DNA from: a virus
IMG/VR virus record: IMGVR_UViG_3300011625_000001
Coordinates: 1-54,379 of that record
Length of the DNA: 54,379 nt
Reading direction: 5' to 3' (one strand)
Both the position numbers and the translations under genes were made by a program. How positions within the stretch are numbered: the first letter of the stretch is position 1; the number at the start of each line of letters is the position of its first letter. The notes below the pieces were generated by a model. That model was given only the letters and a program-made list of their open reading frames with translations. It ran no database searches and had not been told where the DNA came from. Shown piece by piece: positions 22,088 through 31,176 of the stretch.

Positions 22088-24474
22088 GTAATCAAGCGAC
22101 ACACGGACTAGATGACGACTTTAAACTAACAAAGGACGGCAAGTTTCTTGTGTGGGCGCATGATATGTATGAGTACGAGCGCGAAGCACAGGCAGAAGGT
22201 CGAGCACTGCGGGCACGCGATGAGCGCTTCTATGACGGGCACCAATTCAGCGATGAAGAAAAGCAAGTCTATGCTGAGCGCAATCAAAAGCCGCGTACCT
22301 ATAACGAGATCAAGCCAGCGGTCGACTGGATTATCGGCAGTGAACGCCGAGCCCGTAGTGACTGGAATGTGCTACCGCGTACCGCTGATGATGTCGAGCC
22401 AGCCCAGTTAAAGACCAAACTCATTAAGTATGTTGATGATATCAACAAAGCTAAGTGGCAGCGCAGTACCGCATTTGAGGATTGCGTCAAGACTGGTGAG
22501 GGCTGGACCCGTATCAGCGTAGAGCCAAACGAAGATGGCGAGCTGATGATCCAGCTTAACTATGAGAACTGGCAAAACATTTTGATTGACGGGCAGTCGG
22601 TCAAAGCTGACTTATCAGACAACCGCTACTTGTGGGCCACAAAGATTATTGATATTGAGACGCTTGAGCAGTGGTTCCCGAAAAAGAAAGAAGAGATTGA
22701 AGCGGACGCTGGCGAGTACCAAGAGCTTGATGATGACTTGATGTTTGACCAAGTAGGCGATGACGGCAATAATTTATATAACAACTCACGTCGTACAAGC
22801 AGTGGGTGCAGTGACGCCAACATCAATGTGGTGCGCTCAGGTTCAATGAGCATCATGGGTGGTCACTACTCATCAACGCGCCGCGCTGTGCGCGTGTGGG
22901 AGATGTGGTATCGCAAAACCGAACGAGTTGAGCTATTGGCTAACGCTGGCGGATTGACTGGTCAGATATTCAATAGCAAAAATGAGAAGCATGTACTGGC
23001 ACTAGAAGAAGGCGCTAAGAAGCGCGAGACAGTGCGTGAGCAGATGTATATGGCTATCTATACCGCCACCACCGTTTTGTACCATGGCAAGTCTATCTAT
23101 AAGCATAACCGCTATCCATTCGTGCGCCGCTTAGCATTCATCGATAAAACCACTAAGTCACCCTATGGCGTCGTTCGCCAGATTGTTGATCCGCAGTCGG
23201 ACTTAAACCAACGTAAGAACCAAGCACTATTTATGATGGCAACCCGTCAAGTGGTTGCAGATGAAGGTGCGGTCGAAGATAAAGATGATGCTATCAAGCA
23301 AGTCGCCAAGGTTAATGGCTATATCGAAGTTAAAAAAGGCGCACGCTTTGAGATTCGCGACAATCAATCGCTGGCAGGACCGCATGTACAGTTCGCTGAA
23401 ATGGACAGTGCCTATCTAAAGCAGATAAGCGGCGTGACCAGCGAAAACCGCGGTATGGGCAACAGCGCCCTATCAGGTATCGCTATTCAGTCTTTGCAAG
23501 AGCAAGGCACCGTTATTACCACACCTATCATCGACAATCACCAGCTGGCGCACCAGTTAGAGGGTGAGCTTGTGCTGTCACTGTGCGAGCAGTACATCAA
23601 TCGCAAGATGCAGTTTCGCGTAACCAGTGACATTAAGAACCCTGGTGAAAAAGATTTTGTGGTATTGAACGAGACGCCAGAGACAGACATTACCGCGACG
23701 CAAGCAGACTTTGTAATATCCGAGCGTGACTACAGACAAACCATGCGTCAAGCCCTGTCTGAGCAGTTAATGAACGTATCAGCACAGATAACACAAGCAA
23801 CAGGTGATCCAGCAATAGCTATTGGCTTTATTGAAATGGCAATTGACTTACAAGACCTGCCAAACAAAGAGCGCCTATCTAGCAAGCTGCGTGAGATTTC
23901 AGGACTACCACCGATTGATGAGAATGAAGATGACAAACAAGCGCGTGAAGAGGGTGAAAAAGAAGAGCAAGCGAAGCAGCAAGCAATGCAAGAAGCGCTA
24001 CAAGAGCTTGAAATGGCGAAGCAGAAGTCAGCAATCAACCTTGATAACTCGCGTGCGAACCAATACAACCGCGAAGGCGAGCGCGAGAAAGCCAATGCTC
24101 GACGTGCGCAAGCTGAAGCGCTGGTTAAGTACCTTGAAGCCGCTGGAATTGTGGTTGATAACGCTGACCTTAGCAATATTGCTGACGACCTTATCAGTAA
24201 TATGGACAACATAATGAACGGTACACAGCCAACACAGCCGGGCGCCGAACAGTTGGAAGCGCAAGGTCAGCCAGTTGAGCAAGCACCAGTACCGATGCAG
24301 ACCGACCTGCCAGCACAGCCGCAGCAACCAGAGTCGCCAACACAAGAGCAACCGGTTATGCCGGAAGATGAAGTGCCAGCTGGCGAGGACGAACAACCAC
24401 CAATGTCACCAGAAGAAGCTGCCATGATGGAACAAGTAATGGGGCAGGACATGCCACCGAGTGAGGGCGTGTAA
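22084..24474 (+). CDS. Portal protein with long Q/E/P-rich C-terminal extension
   Basis: 796 aa. N-terminal RDERFYDGHQFSDEE...NEIKPAVDWIIG is the typical portal signature. Lies between terminase and scaffold/capsid. Confidence 0.8.
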   Translation: MSNQATHGLDDDFKLTKDGKFLVWAHDMYEYEREAQAEGRALRARDERFYDGHQFSDEEKQVYAERNQKPRTYNEIKPAVDWIIGSERRARSDWNVLPRTADDVEPAQLKTKLIKYVDDINKAKWQRSTAFEDCVKTGEGWTRISVEPNEDGELMIQLNYENWQNILIDGQSVKADLSDNRYLWATKIIDIETLEQWFPKKKEEIEADAGEYQELDDDLMFDQVGDDGNNLYNNSRRTSSGCSDANINVVRSGSMSIMGGHYSSTRRAVRVWEMWYRKTERVELLANAGGLTGQIFNSKNEKHVLALEEGAKKRETVREQMYMAIYTATTVLYHGKSIYKHNRYPFVRRLAFIDKTTKSPYGVVRQIVDPQSDLNQRKNQALFMMATRQVVADEGAVEDKDDAIKQVAKVNGYIEVKKGARFEIRDNQSLAGPHVQFAEMDSAYLKQISGVTSENRGMGNSALSGIAIQSLQEQGTVITTPIIDNHQLAHQLEGELVLSLCEQYINRKMQFRVTSDIKNPGEKDFVVLNETPETDITATQADFVISERDYRQTMRQALSEQLMNVSAQITQATGDPAIAIGFIEMAIDLQDLPNKERLSSKLREISGLPPIDENEDDKQAREEGEKEEQAKQQAMQEALQELEMAKQKSAINLDNSRANQYNREGEREKANARRAQAEALVKYLEAAGIVVDNADLSNIADDLISNMDNIMNGTQPTQPGAEQLEAQGQPVEQAPVPMQTDLPAQPQQPESPTQEQPVMPEDEVPAGEDEQPPMSPEEAAMMEQVMGQDMPPSEGV

Positions 24475-24710
24475 TGACTACGAGCTTAGATATAAAGATA
24501 CATGATGATAAAAAATGCAAGTGGCAAAGCTTTACGGCTAGTGTTGATCTAAAGCTACCGCATTTATTTAACTCAGAAATAGAAGCTTATGGTGCTAATG
24601 AAAAGGAAGCTGTAGACAACCTTATTGTAATGTTAAGCGCATTGGCAAAAGATATTAATGAAAAACACAAGTTACTAACCATCCATAAGGATAATCACGA
24701 TGCCAGATGA
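24474..24710 (+). CDS. Hypothetical protein (78 aa)
   Basis: ORF whose start overlaps the portal stop. Confidence 0.45.
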   Translation: MTTSLDIKIHDDKKCKWQSFTASVDLKLPHLFNSEIEAYGANEKEAVDNLIVMLSALAKDINEKHKLLTIHKDNHDAR

Positions 24711-25659
24711 TATGAATGACGACTTTGAAGTCGACACCAGTGAATTAGAAAACTTGCCAGCCGACGCGGTAGAAGATACTGACGACGCAACTGATGATGA
24801 CTTTGATTTTGCTGGATTGACCGATGAAGAAATTGAGGCCATCAATGCCGAAGAATCCGATGAGACAACACTTGATGATGACGAATCCGATGAAACCGAT
24901 AGTGATGATGATGGCGCTGCTGACGATATCGATACTGCCGAAGATGACGCCGACAATGCAGATGAAGCTAGTAGCGCTGATGCTGATAATGATAGTACTG
25001 ATGACGACTACCAGCAAGAAGCCGCAACGGTAGCGGACAAGCGAGCTGCTATTGATTCAGAATTTGACGCTAAGCACGCAGAGCTTGCAGAGCTTGGCGA
25101 AAAGTACGACAGCGGCGATATCTTAGACGGCGCATACAATGCAGCAAAGGTTCGCATTGAGCGTGATTTAAAACGCATTGAGGCGCGTGAAGCGGACTTG
25201 ATTACAAAAGAAGATGCGATTGCAGAGCGTGAGACCAGTAAGCAAGAGCAGTTTCAAAATGACTTTGCTGTAGCAGCCAATGAGTTCATGGCGCGGACTG
25301 AAAACACTATCTTTGTAGAGGGCAGCCCAGAGTTTGCCGCATTGGACAATCAGCTAGGTATGGTCGCTCAAAGTATGCCGCCGGGCACGCCGTTTGATGT
25401 ATTGCTTGATAAAGCTCGCGCCGCTGTATCGTCTTACATGACACTGCCAGAAGTCGTCAAGACTGATAGCAAGCCGGCAGAAAAAGCAGTCAAGCAAGAT
25501 CCTGAGACCATGCCAAGTATTTCAAACATGCCGGCAGTTGTGCCAAACACTAATGATGGCAATAAGTTTGCACACTTGGATAAACTTGATGGCCCAGCAT
25601 TAGAGCGTGCTATCTCAGATATGAGCGACGTACAACAAGCTGAATACTTAAACCAATAG
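24700..25659 (+). CDS. Putative scaffolding protein with hyper-acidic N-terminal ~100 aa
   Basis: Lies between portal and capsid genes. Coiled-coil centre. The N-terminus is dominated by D/E runs. Confidence 0.55.
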   Translation: MPDDMNDDFEVDTSELENLPADAVEDTDDATDDDFDFAGLTDEEIEAINAEESDETTLDDDESDETDSDDDGAADDIDTAEDDADNADEASSADADNDSTDDDYQQEAATVADKRAAIDSEFDAKHAELAELGEKYDSGDILDGAYNAAKVRIERDLKRIEAREADLITKEDAIAERETSKQEQFQNDFAVAANEFMARTENTIFVEGSPEFAALDNQLGMVAQSMPPGTPFDVLLDKARAAVSSYMTLPEVVKTDSKPAEKAVKQDPETMPSISNMPAVVPNTNDGNKFAHLDKLDGPALERAISDMSDVQQAEYLNQ

Positions 25660-25673
25660 GTTAGTAATTATTT

Positions 25674-25895
25674 ATGAAAAAAATACGCTATCGAGACTGT
25701 AGCATAGGCGACGTTATTGAAGTCACTGGCGCTTGCACGATCACTGTGGAAAACAAGAGTGGTCGAGCGCCAAGGATTAAAATAACCACAAGCCTTGATA
25801 GCGACGTGAGTTTTTTAAAGGGTGAGCAAGCGCATACGTGCTGTGATACCAAAACTAGTCTGACAACAGGAGACCAGTATCATGGCACAGACTAA
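25674..25895 (+). CDS. Hypothetical small protein (73 aa)
   Basis: ORF overlapping the capsid gene start. Confidence 0.4.
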   Translation: MKKIRYRDCSIGDVIEVTGACTITVENKSGRAPRIKITTSLDSDVSFLKGEQAHTCCDTKTSLTTGDQYHGTD

Positions 25896-27012
25896 GATCA
25901 ACGATAGACAAGCTGTTAAGAAATGGGCGGGCGCGTTATTCGGTTCAGCTTTCGTAAAATCTTTTTACGGCAGCAAGCTGATGGCTTCTACTAAATTGGA
26001 AGGTAAATCCGGTCAAATGGCGAACGCGCCAATCGGTGTTATCAATGATTTAGAAAGCGGCGCAGGTGACAACGTATCGTTCGATATGTTTGTTCAGCTC
26101 AAAGGTCGCGGTACTTATGGCGATGACGTTCTTGAAGGTAACGAAGAAGATTTAACGGCGTTCACGGACGAAGTTAAAATCAACCAAGTTCGTCATGGTG
26201 TGACGCCTGGTGGCAAGATGAACCAGAAGCGCACTATCAATGACTTGCGTTCAATTGCAAAAGTTAAGCTTGAACGCTGGCACGCTAACCATTTTGATGA
26301 TGTCGTGATGACAACATTGGGCGGTGGCCGTGGTCATGCGAAAGACCTGTATATCCCGTTAGGTGCAACAGCGCCTATTCGCGGCACAATGGATTATCAA
26401 CAGTACGATGCAGATAGTATTGTTTATGGCGGTTCAGCCACGTCTAAAGCCAGTATGACAACTGCTGATACTATGTCGCTAGATATCATCGACGAGCTTA
26501 TCCTAAAAGCAAAGCGCGGTGGTAAAGCAGACGGTGAGTTCCGCATGGAGCCGTTAGAAGAGTCGGCAGAAGAGTATTACATGCTGACACTATCACCTGA
26601 GCAGATTCACGACTTGCGTAAAGATACTGGCGTTGGTGGCTGGCTTGATATCCAAAAAGCGGCTGCCGCTGCCAATGGGTATCAGAACCATATCTTTAAA
26701 GGCAGTGCAGGCGAGTACAACAAGACTCACATTAAAGAAGTGAATAGTGTTGTGACCTATAACGACTTTGGTGCAGGCGGCAACGTCAAGGCGCACACTG
26801 GCGTATTCATGGGGCGTCAGGCTGCTGTGGTTGCGTTCGGTTCAGCGAGCGACAAGAACATGCGCGCTAACTGGGAAGAGACCGAAAAAGATTATGGCAA
26901 TCAGGTCGGTATTTCTGCTGGTATGGTCTACGGTACTAAGTTACCAGCATTCGATGGCAAGGTCGTCAACTCAATGGCAACATACACCGCGGTGAGCAAG
27001 TCACGCACCTAA
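25882..27012 (+). CDS. Major capsid protein, N4-gp56-like family
   Basis: N-terminal KKWAGALFGSAFVKSFYGSKLM...GAGDNVSFDMFVQLKGRGTYGDDVLEGNEEDL matches the N4-type capsid pattern, from memory. A strong terminator follows. Confidence 0.8.
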   Translation: MAQTKINDRQAVKKWAGALFGSAFVKSFYGSKLMASTKLEGKSGQMANAPIGVINDLESGAGDNVSFDMFVQLKGRGTYGDDVLEGNEEDLTAFTDEVKINQVRHGVTPGGKMNQKRTINDLRSIAKVKLERWHANHFDDVVMTTLGGGRGHAKDLYIPLGATAPIRGTMDYQQYDADSIVYGGSATSKASMTTADTMSLDIIDELILKAKRGGKADGEFRMEPLEESAEEYYMLTLSPEQIHDLRKDTGVGGWLDIQKAAAAANGYQNHIFKGSAGEYNKTHIKEVNSVVTYNDFGAGGNVKAHTGVFMGRQAAVVAFGSASDKNMRANWEETEKDYGNQVGISAGMVYGTKLPAFDGKVVNSMATYTAVSKSRT

Positions 27013-27030
27013 TTTAAGCGCTTAACTTAA

Positions 27031-27062
27031 AAGCAAGTTGGTCATGCCAGCTTGCTTTTTTA
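27031..27062 (+). terminator. Strong terminator after the capsid gene
   Basis: 11-bp stem AAGCAAGTTGG/CCAGCTTGCTT (one G-U pair) followed by TTTTTT. Confidence 0.8.
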
Positions 27063-27103
27063 TTACCCAATTTTTACACAGTATCTTTATAAAAGGATAA
27101 AAG

Positions 27104-27559
27104 ATGATGGCTAAGTTCCAGACTGAGCGCTATTTGCACAACACGCAAATTCAAAGCTCAATGATCAGTGGTGTGATTAACGCACCAACCATTACCCATA
27201 AGTTTGCTGCGGCAACAACCGTTGCTATTGGTGACTTTTTACTTATCGCTAAGCTGCCTGAGCGTGCGGTTATCTCGCATATCGAAGTGGTATGTAGTGC
27301 ACTTGGTGGCACCTTGACCGCTGACGTTGGTGTGATGGACGCTGGCGAGACGGCAATCACCGCTAAGTTCTTAACCGCGGCCAGCCTTGCTGCTGCTAAG
27401 TGGTTTAAAGTTGGCGATAACGTCATTGACGGACGCCTTGCACCAGTGCGAGATATCCCAGCGACTATCGCTATTGAGTTTAAAGCCGCTGGCACGATTC
27501 CAAAGGATGCGGTTATTTCTGTCACGCCGCATTACCGTCATGCCAATAACGACGAATAA
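27104..27559 (+). CDS. Virion structural protein (151 aa), possible decoration protein
   Basis: Assigned by position after the capsid gene. No motif recognised. Confidence 0.45.
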   Translation: MMAKFQTERYLHNTQIQSSMISGVINAPTITHKFAAATTVAIGDFLLIAKLPERAVISHIEVVCSALGGTLTADVGVMDAGETAITAKFLTAASLAAAKWFKVGDNVIDGRLAPVRDIPATIAIEFKAAGTIPKDAVISVTPHYRHANNDE

Positions 27560-27647
27560 GCTGTCTATTAGTTAAGTGGTAAAGCTCATGGCGTTGGTCG
27601 CTGTGAGTTTTCTTTATTCACACTCTATCTATAAAGGAGTCATTCAA

Positions 27648-28205
27648 ATGGCTGACGATAAAAACAAAGACGCTCCTGAAAGTGTCGACCAACAGACCAC
27701 ACCCATTCAGTGCATCTTGCGCCGCAAAGGTGGCACTAAGGTGACGTTTGGCAATAACCGAGCGACACAAATTCTTTATCATTTTCAGCCGATTGATGCT
27801 GATGATGACAGCTCTCCGCATGTTTGCAATGTTGACAACGAAGAACATGCAGATCAACTGCTATCTATCCGCGAAGCATATCGTTTATATCGTGGCGGCG
27901 CTGGCGTGATTGATAAGATTGAAGTGACTATGGGTGCAGACGATGATGAGAACGCGTTTGTAAATCGCTTCGATGACATCCTGTCCATGGACTTTGAAAC
28001 GGCAGAAAACAACATGGTGGCAGACTGGGCGAAAGAAGTGCTAGAGCTCACTCCATCGCATAGTGCGAAGATCCGTGAGAAAGCCGCAATGCTTAATGTT
28101 GACGTCAAGAAAGGCGACAATATGAATGAGCTACTGCGCAAAATCGGTCAAGCAATGCAAGAAGAAGAGCGCGCTGCGAGCGAGCAAGCCAGCAAAGATA
28201 AGTAG
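27648..28205 (+). CDS. Hypothetical head-module protein (185 aa)
   Basis: ATG at 27648 preceded by AAGGAG. Confidence 0.5.
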   Translation: MADDKNKDAPESVDQQTTPIQCILRRKGGTKVTFGNNRATQILYHFQPIDADDDSSPHVCNVDNEEHADQLLSIREAYRLYRGGAGVIDKIEVTMGADDDENAFVNRFDDILSMDFETAENNMVADWAKEVLELTPSHSAKIREKAAMLNVDVKKGDNMNELLRKIGQAMQEEERAASEQASKDK

Positions 28206-28244
28206 GTCACTACTTTATATAACTTAGATTAGGACGATACCGCT

Positions 28245-28889
28245 ATGTTTAGCAGTCAAGATTTATTAAATGGCGTGCGCATGACGCAGCTAAATGACCC
28301 TGAAGCAATTACGTGGTCAGACTCGGCACTTATTATCGCGCTCAATCAAGCATTACTTATGCTGGCTTTGGTGCGTCCTGATGCCACATCAAAGATCGCA
28401 GAGATTGATTTAGCTAAAGGCTCGCGGCAATTTATTCCCGCCGATGGTGAGCGTTTACTTCGTGTGGTGAGAAATATCACAGAGCTGGGCGAAACTGGGC
28501 GAGCAGTACGTCTGGTACAGCAAGAGGATATGGATAGCATGTCCCCTGATTGGCACAACGCAACTGGCACAATCGTCAAGGAGTATATGTTTGATGCACG
28601 TTCACCCAAGCATTTCTATATTTACCCAACCGTACCAGCCGGTAGTAAAGTTGAGATTGAGTACAGTAGCTATGCAGATAACGTGACCGAACTTAACGTC
28701 GGTGATGCCTTGCCGGTATCAGCGGTTTTTGCGCAGCCGGTGCAAGAGCTAATGCTTTATAAATTGCTATCTGGTGACGCCTCAAACGGTACAAGCGGTA
28801 ACGATCACTTGCGCGTCGCAATGGAGCTATTGGGCGTGAAAGACGTGCAAGATGAGCGCGTATCATCGGCAAGACGAACTTCTATTTAA
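28245..28889 (+). CDS. Putative head-tail adaptor/completion protein
   Basis: Assigned by position only. Confidence 0.35.
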   Translation: MFSSQDLLNGVRMTQLNDPEAITWSDSALIIALNQALLMLALVRPDATSKIAEIDLAKGSRQFIPADGERLLRVVRNITELGETGRAVRLVQQEDMDSMSPDWHNATGTIVKEYMFDARSPKHFYIYPTVPAGSKVEIEYSSYADNVTELNVGDALPVSAVFAQPVQELMLYKLLSGDASNGTSGNDHLRVAMELLGVKDVQDERVSSARRTSI

Positions 28890-28899
28890 TAGGTGATGT

Positions 28900-29526
28900 A
28901 TGGCACAGCTTGATGATTTTGTAGATGGGATTAGCATCCATCTGGGTAATACTGACGCAAGCAATGTGCCGCGCATTGCTGTGGTATTTGCCGCAAGGCA
29001 GGCGTTAAAAAAGTTTTGCGATGAAAGCTTTGCTTATATTGTCAATGCTTTTGACCCGCTTATTGAAATCAATAGGCCATTAACCGATTCAGACTTGGCA
29101 CTAACACGGCTGGATAAGCGCTGTGAGCTTAGCTTGCCAGCAAACACCCATATCATCAAGGTATGGCGTTTGACGGACAACCACTGCGAGCATGATAGTT
29201 GGCTGGCAAGTGCTCGCTATGGCTATCCCAACATCATCACCTTAGATGACAAGCGGCGCCATACCGATAACGTCGTCGTATCTCTATCCGTCAGTCAAAC
29301 AACTGAGGAATGCCCGGACTATCTTTTCAATCATTACTATGATGGCTTGCTGTCCGGCACCATTGCTTACTTGCAGATGATGCCGAACCGCGAATGGGCA
29401 GTGCCAAACTTGGCGCAAGACCACTATGCGCTATTTGAAAGAGCTATCCAAAAGGCTAAGAGCGATATAAGCAAGGGCTTCCTAAAAGATAGACCGATGA
29501 CCGAGATACCAGCCAGCTTTGGCTAG
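28900..29526 (+). CDS. Hypothetical structural protein (208 aa)
   Basis: Assigned by position only. Confidence 0.4.
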   Translation: MAQLDDFVDGISIHLGNTDASNVPRIAVVFAARQALKKFCDESFAYIVNAFDPLIEINRPLTDSDLALTRLDKRCELSLPANTHIIKVWRLTDNHCEHDSWLASARYGYPNIITLDDKRRHTDNVVVSLSVSQTTEECPDYLFNHYYDGLLSGTIAYLQMMPNREWAVPNLAQDHYALFERAIQKAKSDISKGFLKDRPMTEIPASFG

Positions 29527-29586
29527 AGAACAATTCAATACAACCGCATATGTGGCTGTCTTTTTTCACACAAAAAAGGAGCGACT

Positions 29587-30108
29587 ATGCTCAGATTAAA
29601 ACACGGTATTTATATTAAGCAGCGAGTGCTATGGCTATTTGCCATCATACTTACGCTTATGACTGGGGCGATGGCAGCCGAGCCAACATACATAACCGCC
29701 CAGACAGTTATAGTGGTCAACAAGTACGGTATGGGCGCGCCCTTTCTTTTGAGCTGGGTGCCCGTCTGGATATTTGCACTGGTGGGCGGTATTGGCGCCA
29801 ACTTTATTAAGATACCTGAAATCGATAAACACTTTCGCTACCTAATGCTAGCCAAGCCATTCTTAGGTTTGTTTGGCGGTATCGCTTTATGCTTGCTTGT
29901 GTCTGATGGTAGTGAGCCGCCACAAGTTGCATTGACCGCCTACGGGTTTGGCGCAGCGTTATTATCAGCACCGATACTGCAAGCGGTAATAGCAGTCGTA
30001 ACCATTCCTAAAAACCAAGCTGGGCTATTTAATAGCCTAAATCCATTTAAATTTAAGATCGTGGTGGCAGGCGATAAGGATATTAAAGATGGCAGCAATG
30101 ACAGTTAG
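29587..30108 (+). CDS. Multi-pass membrane protein, holin candidate
   Basis: Four to five hydrophobic helices. Lies two genes upstream of the endolysin. Confidence 0.45.
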   Translation: MLRLKHGIYIKQRVLWLFAIILTLMTGAMAAEPTYITAQTVIVVNKYGMGAPFLLSWVPVWIFALVGGIGANFIKIPEIDKHFRYLMLAKPFLGLFGGIALCLLVSDGSEPPQVALTAYGFGAALLSAPILQAVIAVVTIPKNQAGLFNSLNPFKFKIVVAGDKDIKDGSNDS

Positions 30109-30403
30109 TTCTATGTTGTGTGTAGTTGGTGCACTGTACGGTATATACGTTCTGATTAATCACCTAAAAGCTATTCGTCAGGACGTGGCAACGCAGATGA
30201 AATACGCGTTCCCTATAATCTGCGGCACGCTGGCATGGACCAGTGCGGCCTATACTTTCTATTCGATGGGGATTACCAGTCATATCGATGCGCCTCGTGT
30301 GCTCATGCTGATAAGCTGGTGTGTGCTGGCAGGCCAGTACCGACAAAAATACTTATCGTGCGGTAAGCGCAAGCGCACAAAACCACAAACAACGCCTCGT
30401 TAA
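30089..30403 (+). CDS. Small three-TM membrane protein with basic C-terminus, holin/antiholin candidate
   Basis: Three hydrophobic segments and a KRKRTKPQ tail. Lies immediately upstream of the endolysin. Confidence 0.5.
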   Translation: MAAMTVSSMLCVVGALYGIYVLINHLKAIRQDVATQMKYAFPIICGTLAWTSAAYTFYSMGITSHIDAPRVLMLISWCVLAGQYRQKYLSCGKRKRTKPQTTPR

Positions 30404-30417
30404 TACGGGGCTTTTTT
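30394..30417 (+). terminator. Hairpin plus T-run overlapping the holin-candidate stop
   Basis: Stem GCCTCG/CGGGGC with loop TTAATA (which contains the TAA stop), then TTTTTT. Confidence 0.5.
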
Positions 30418-30434
30418 ACGGCTGGAGAAAAGTT

Positions 30435-31175
30435 ATGAGTTACGACGATAGGATAGATGACGCCGTAAGACGGTTGCAGCGCGAGTTAAAACTTGCGCCA
30501 AAACATATCGATGGTGCATGGGGCGGAACATCGCAAAAGGCGTTACAAGCCAGCGGTAAAAAGCTTGACTACAACTGGGGTGTATTGCGTGACCACTTTG
30601 GAAGATTCACCCAAGCACAGGTTGACGGCTTCAATACGCTGATTGCCGCAATCAATAAGCGCGGCACTGACGCCCTAAACCCATTGTATGCCGCCTACAC
30701 ACTAGCTACCACGTGGCATGAAACCGCCGCCAAAATGGAAGCTATCAACGAATACGGCAAGGGCAGTACCCGCAAGTACGGTAAATGGTATAAGAATAGC
30801 AAGGGCGTGGTTTACGGCCATGCCAATCACCGAGGCGACGTTTACCTTAAGTCACAATATCCTCATTTATTTTGGGGCAGGGGTTATCCACAGCTAACGT
30901 GGCTTGATAACTATAAGAAAATGGGTGAGCTGCTAGGCTTGGATTTAGCCAACAATCCCGAGTTGGCACTGGTGCCAGCCAACAGTGCCGCCATTATGAT
31001 TGAGGGTATGCTCCTGGGTTCATTCACAGGCTTATCATTATCTAAGTGTATGCGCTACGGCTCTTATGGTGAGTTTGTTTACAGCCGCCGTATCATCAAT
31101 GGTACAGACCGCGATAGCCTTGTCGCACGCTATGCCGTTCAATTCTTAGAGTGCTTAACCATAGTGGACGCCTGA
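30435..31175 (+). CDS. Endolysin: PG-binding-like N-domain plus GH19 chitinase-like catalytic domain
   Basis: ATG at 30435. LQRELKLAPKHIDGAWGGTSQKAL is PG_binding-like. TTWHETA and FWGRGYPQLTWLDNYKKMGELLGLDLANNPEL are GH19 motifs. Confidence 0.8.
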   Translation: MSYDDRIDDAVRRLQRELKLAPKHIDGAWGGTSQKALQASGKKLDYNWGVLRDHFGRFTQAQVDGFNTLIAAINKRGTDALNPLYAAYTLATTWHETAAKMEAINEYGKGSTRKYGKWYKNSKGVVYGHANHRGDVYLKSQYPHLFWGRGYPQLTWLDNYKKMGELLGLDLANNPELALVPANSAAIMIEGMLLGSFTGLSLSKCMRYGSYGEFVYSRRIINGTDRDSLVARYAVQFLECLTIVDA

Positions 31176-31176
31176 T

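Noticed and set aside
23748-24212. 154-aa minus-strand ORF inside the portal gene (similarly 34271-34762, 35754-36245 and 37562-38119 inside the fibre gene, and 42731-43822 inside the giant gene)
   Set aside because: These are antisense frames of repetitive or low-complexity coding DNA. Their translations are Ser/Ala/Cys/Leu-rich with no motifs or RBS, and the sense frames have clear family signatures.
25674-25895. CsrA-like small protein (IGDVIEVTG...RIKITT pattern)
   Set aside because: The resemblance to CsrA is limited to a short beta-strand-like pattern. The spacing and the conserved GxxxRIGI..P motif do not align. It is kept as hypothetical.
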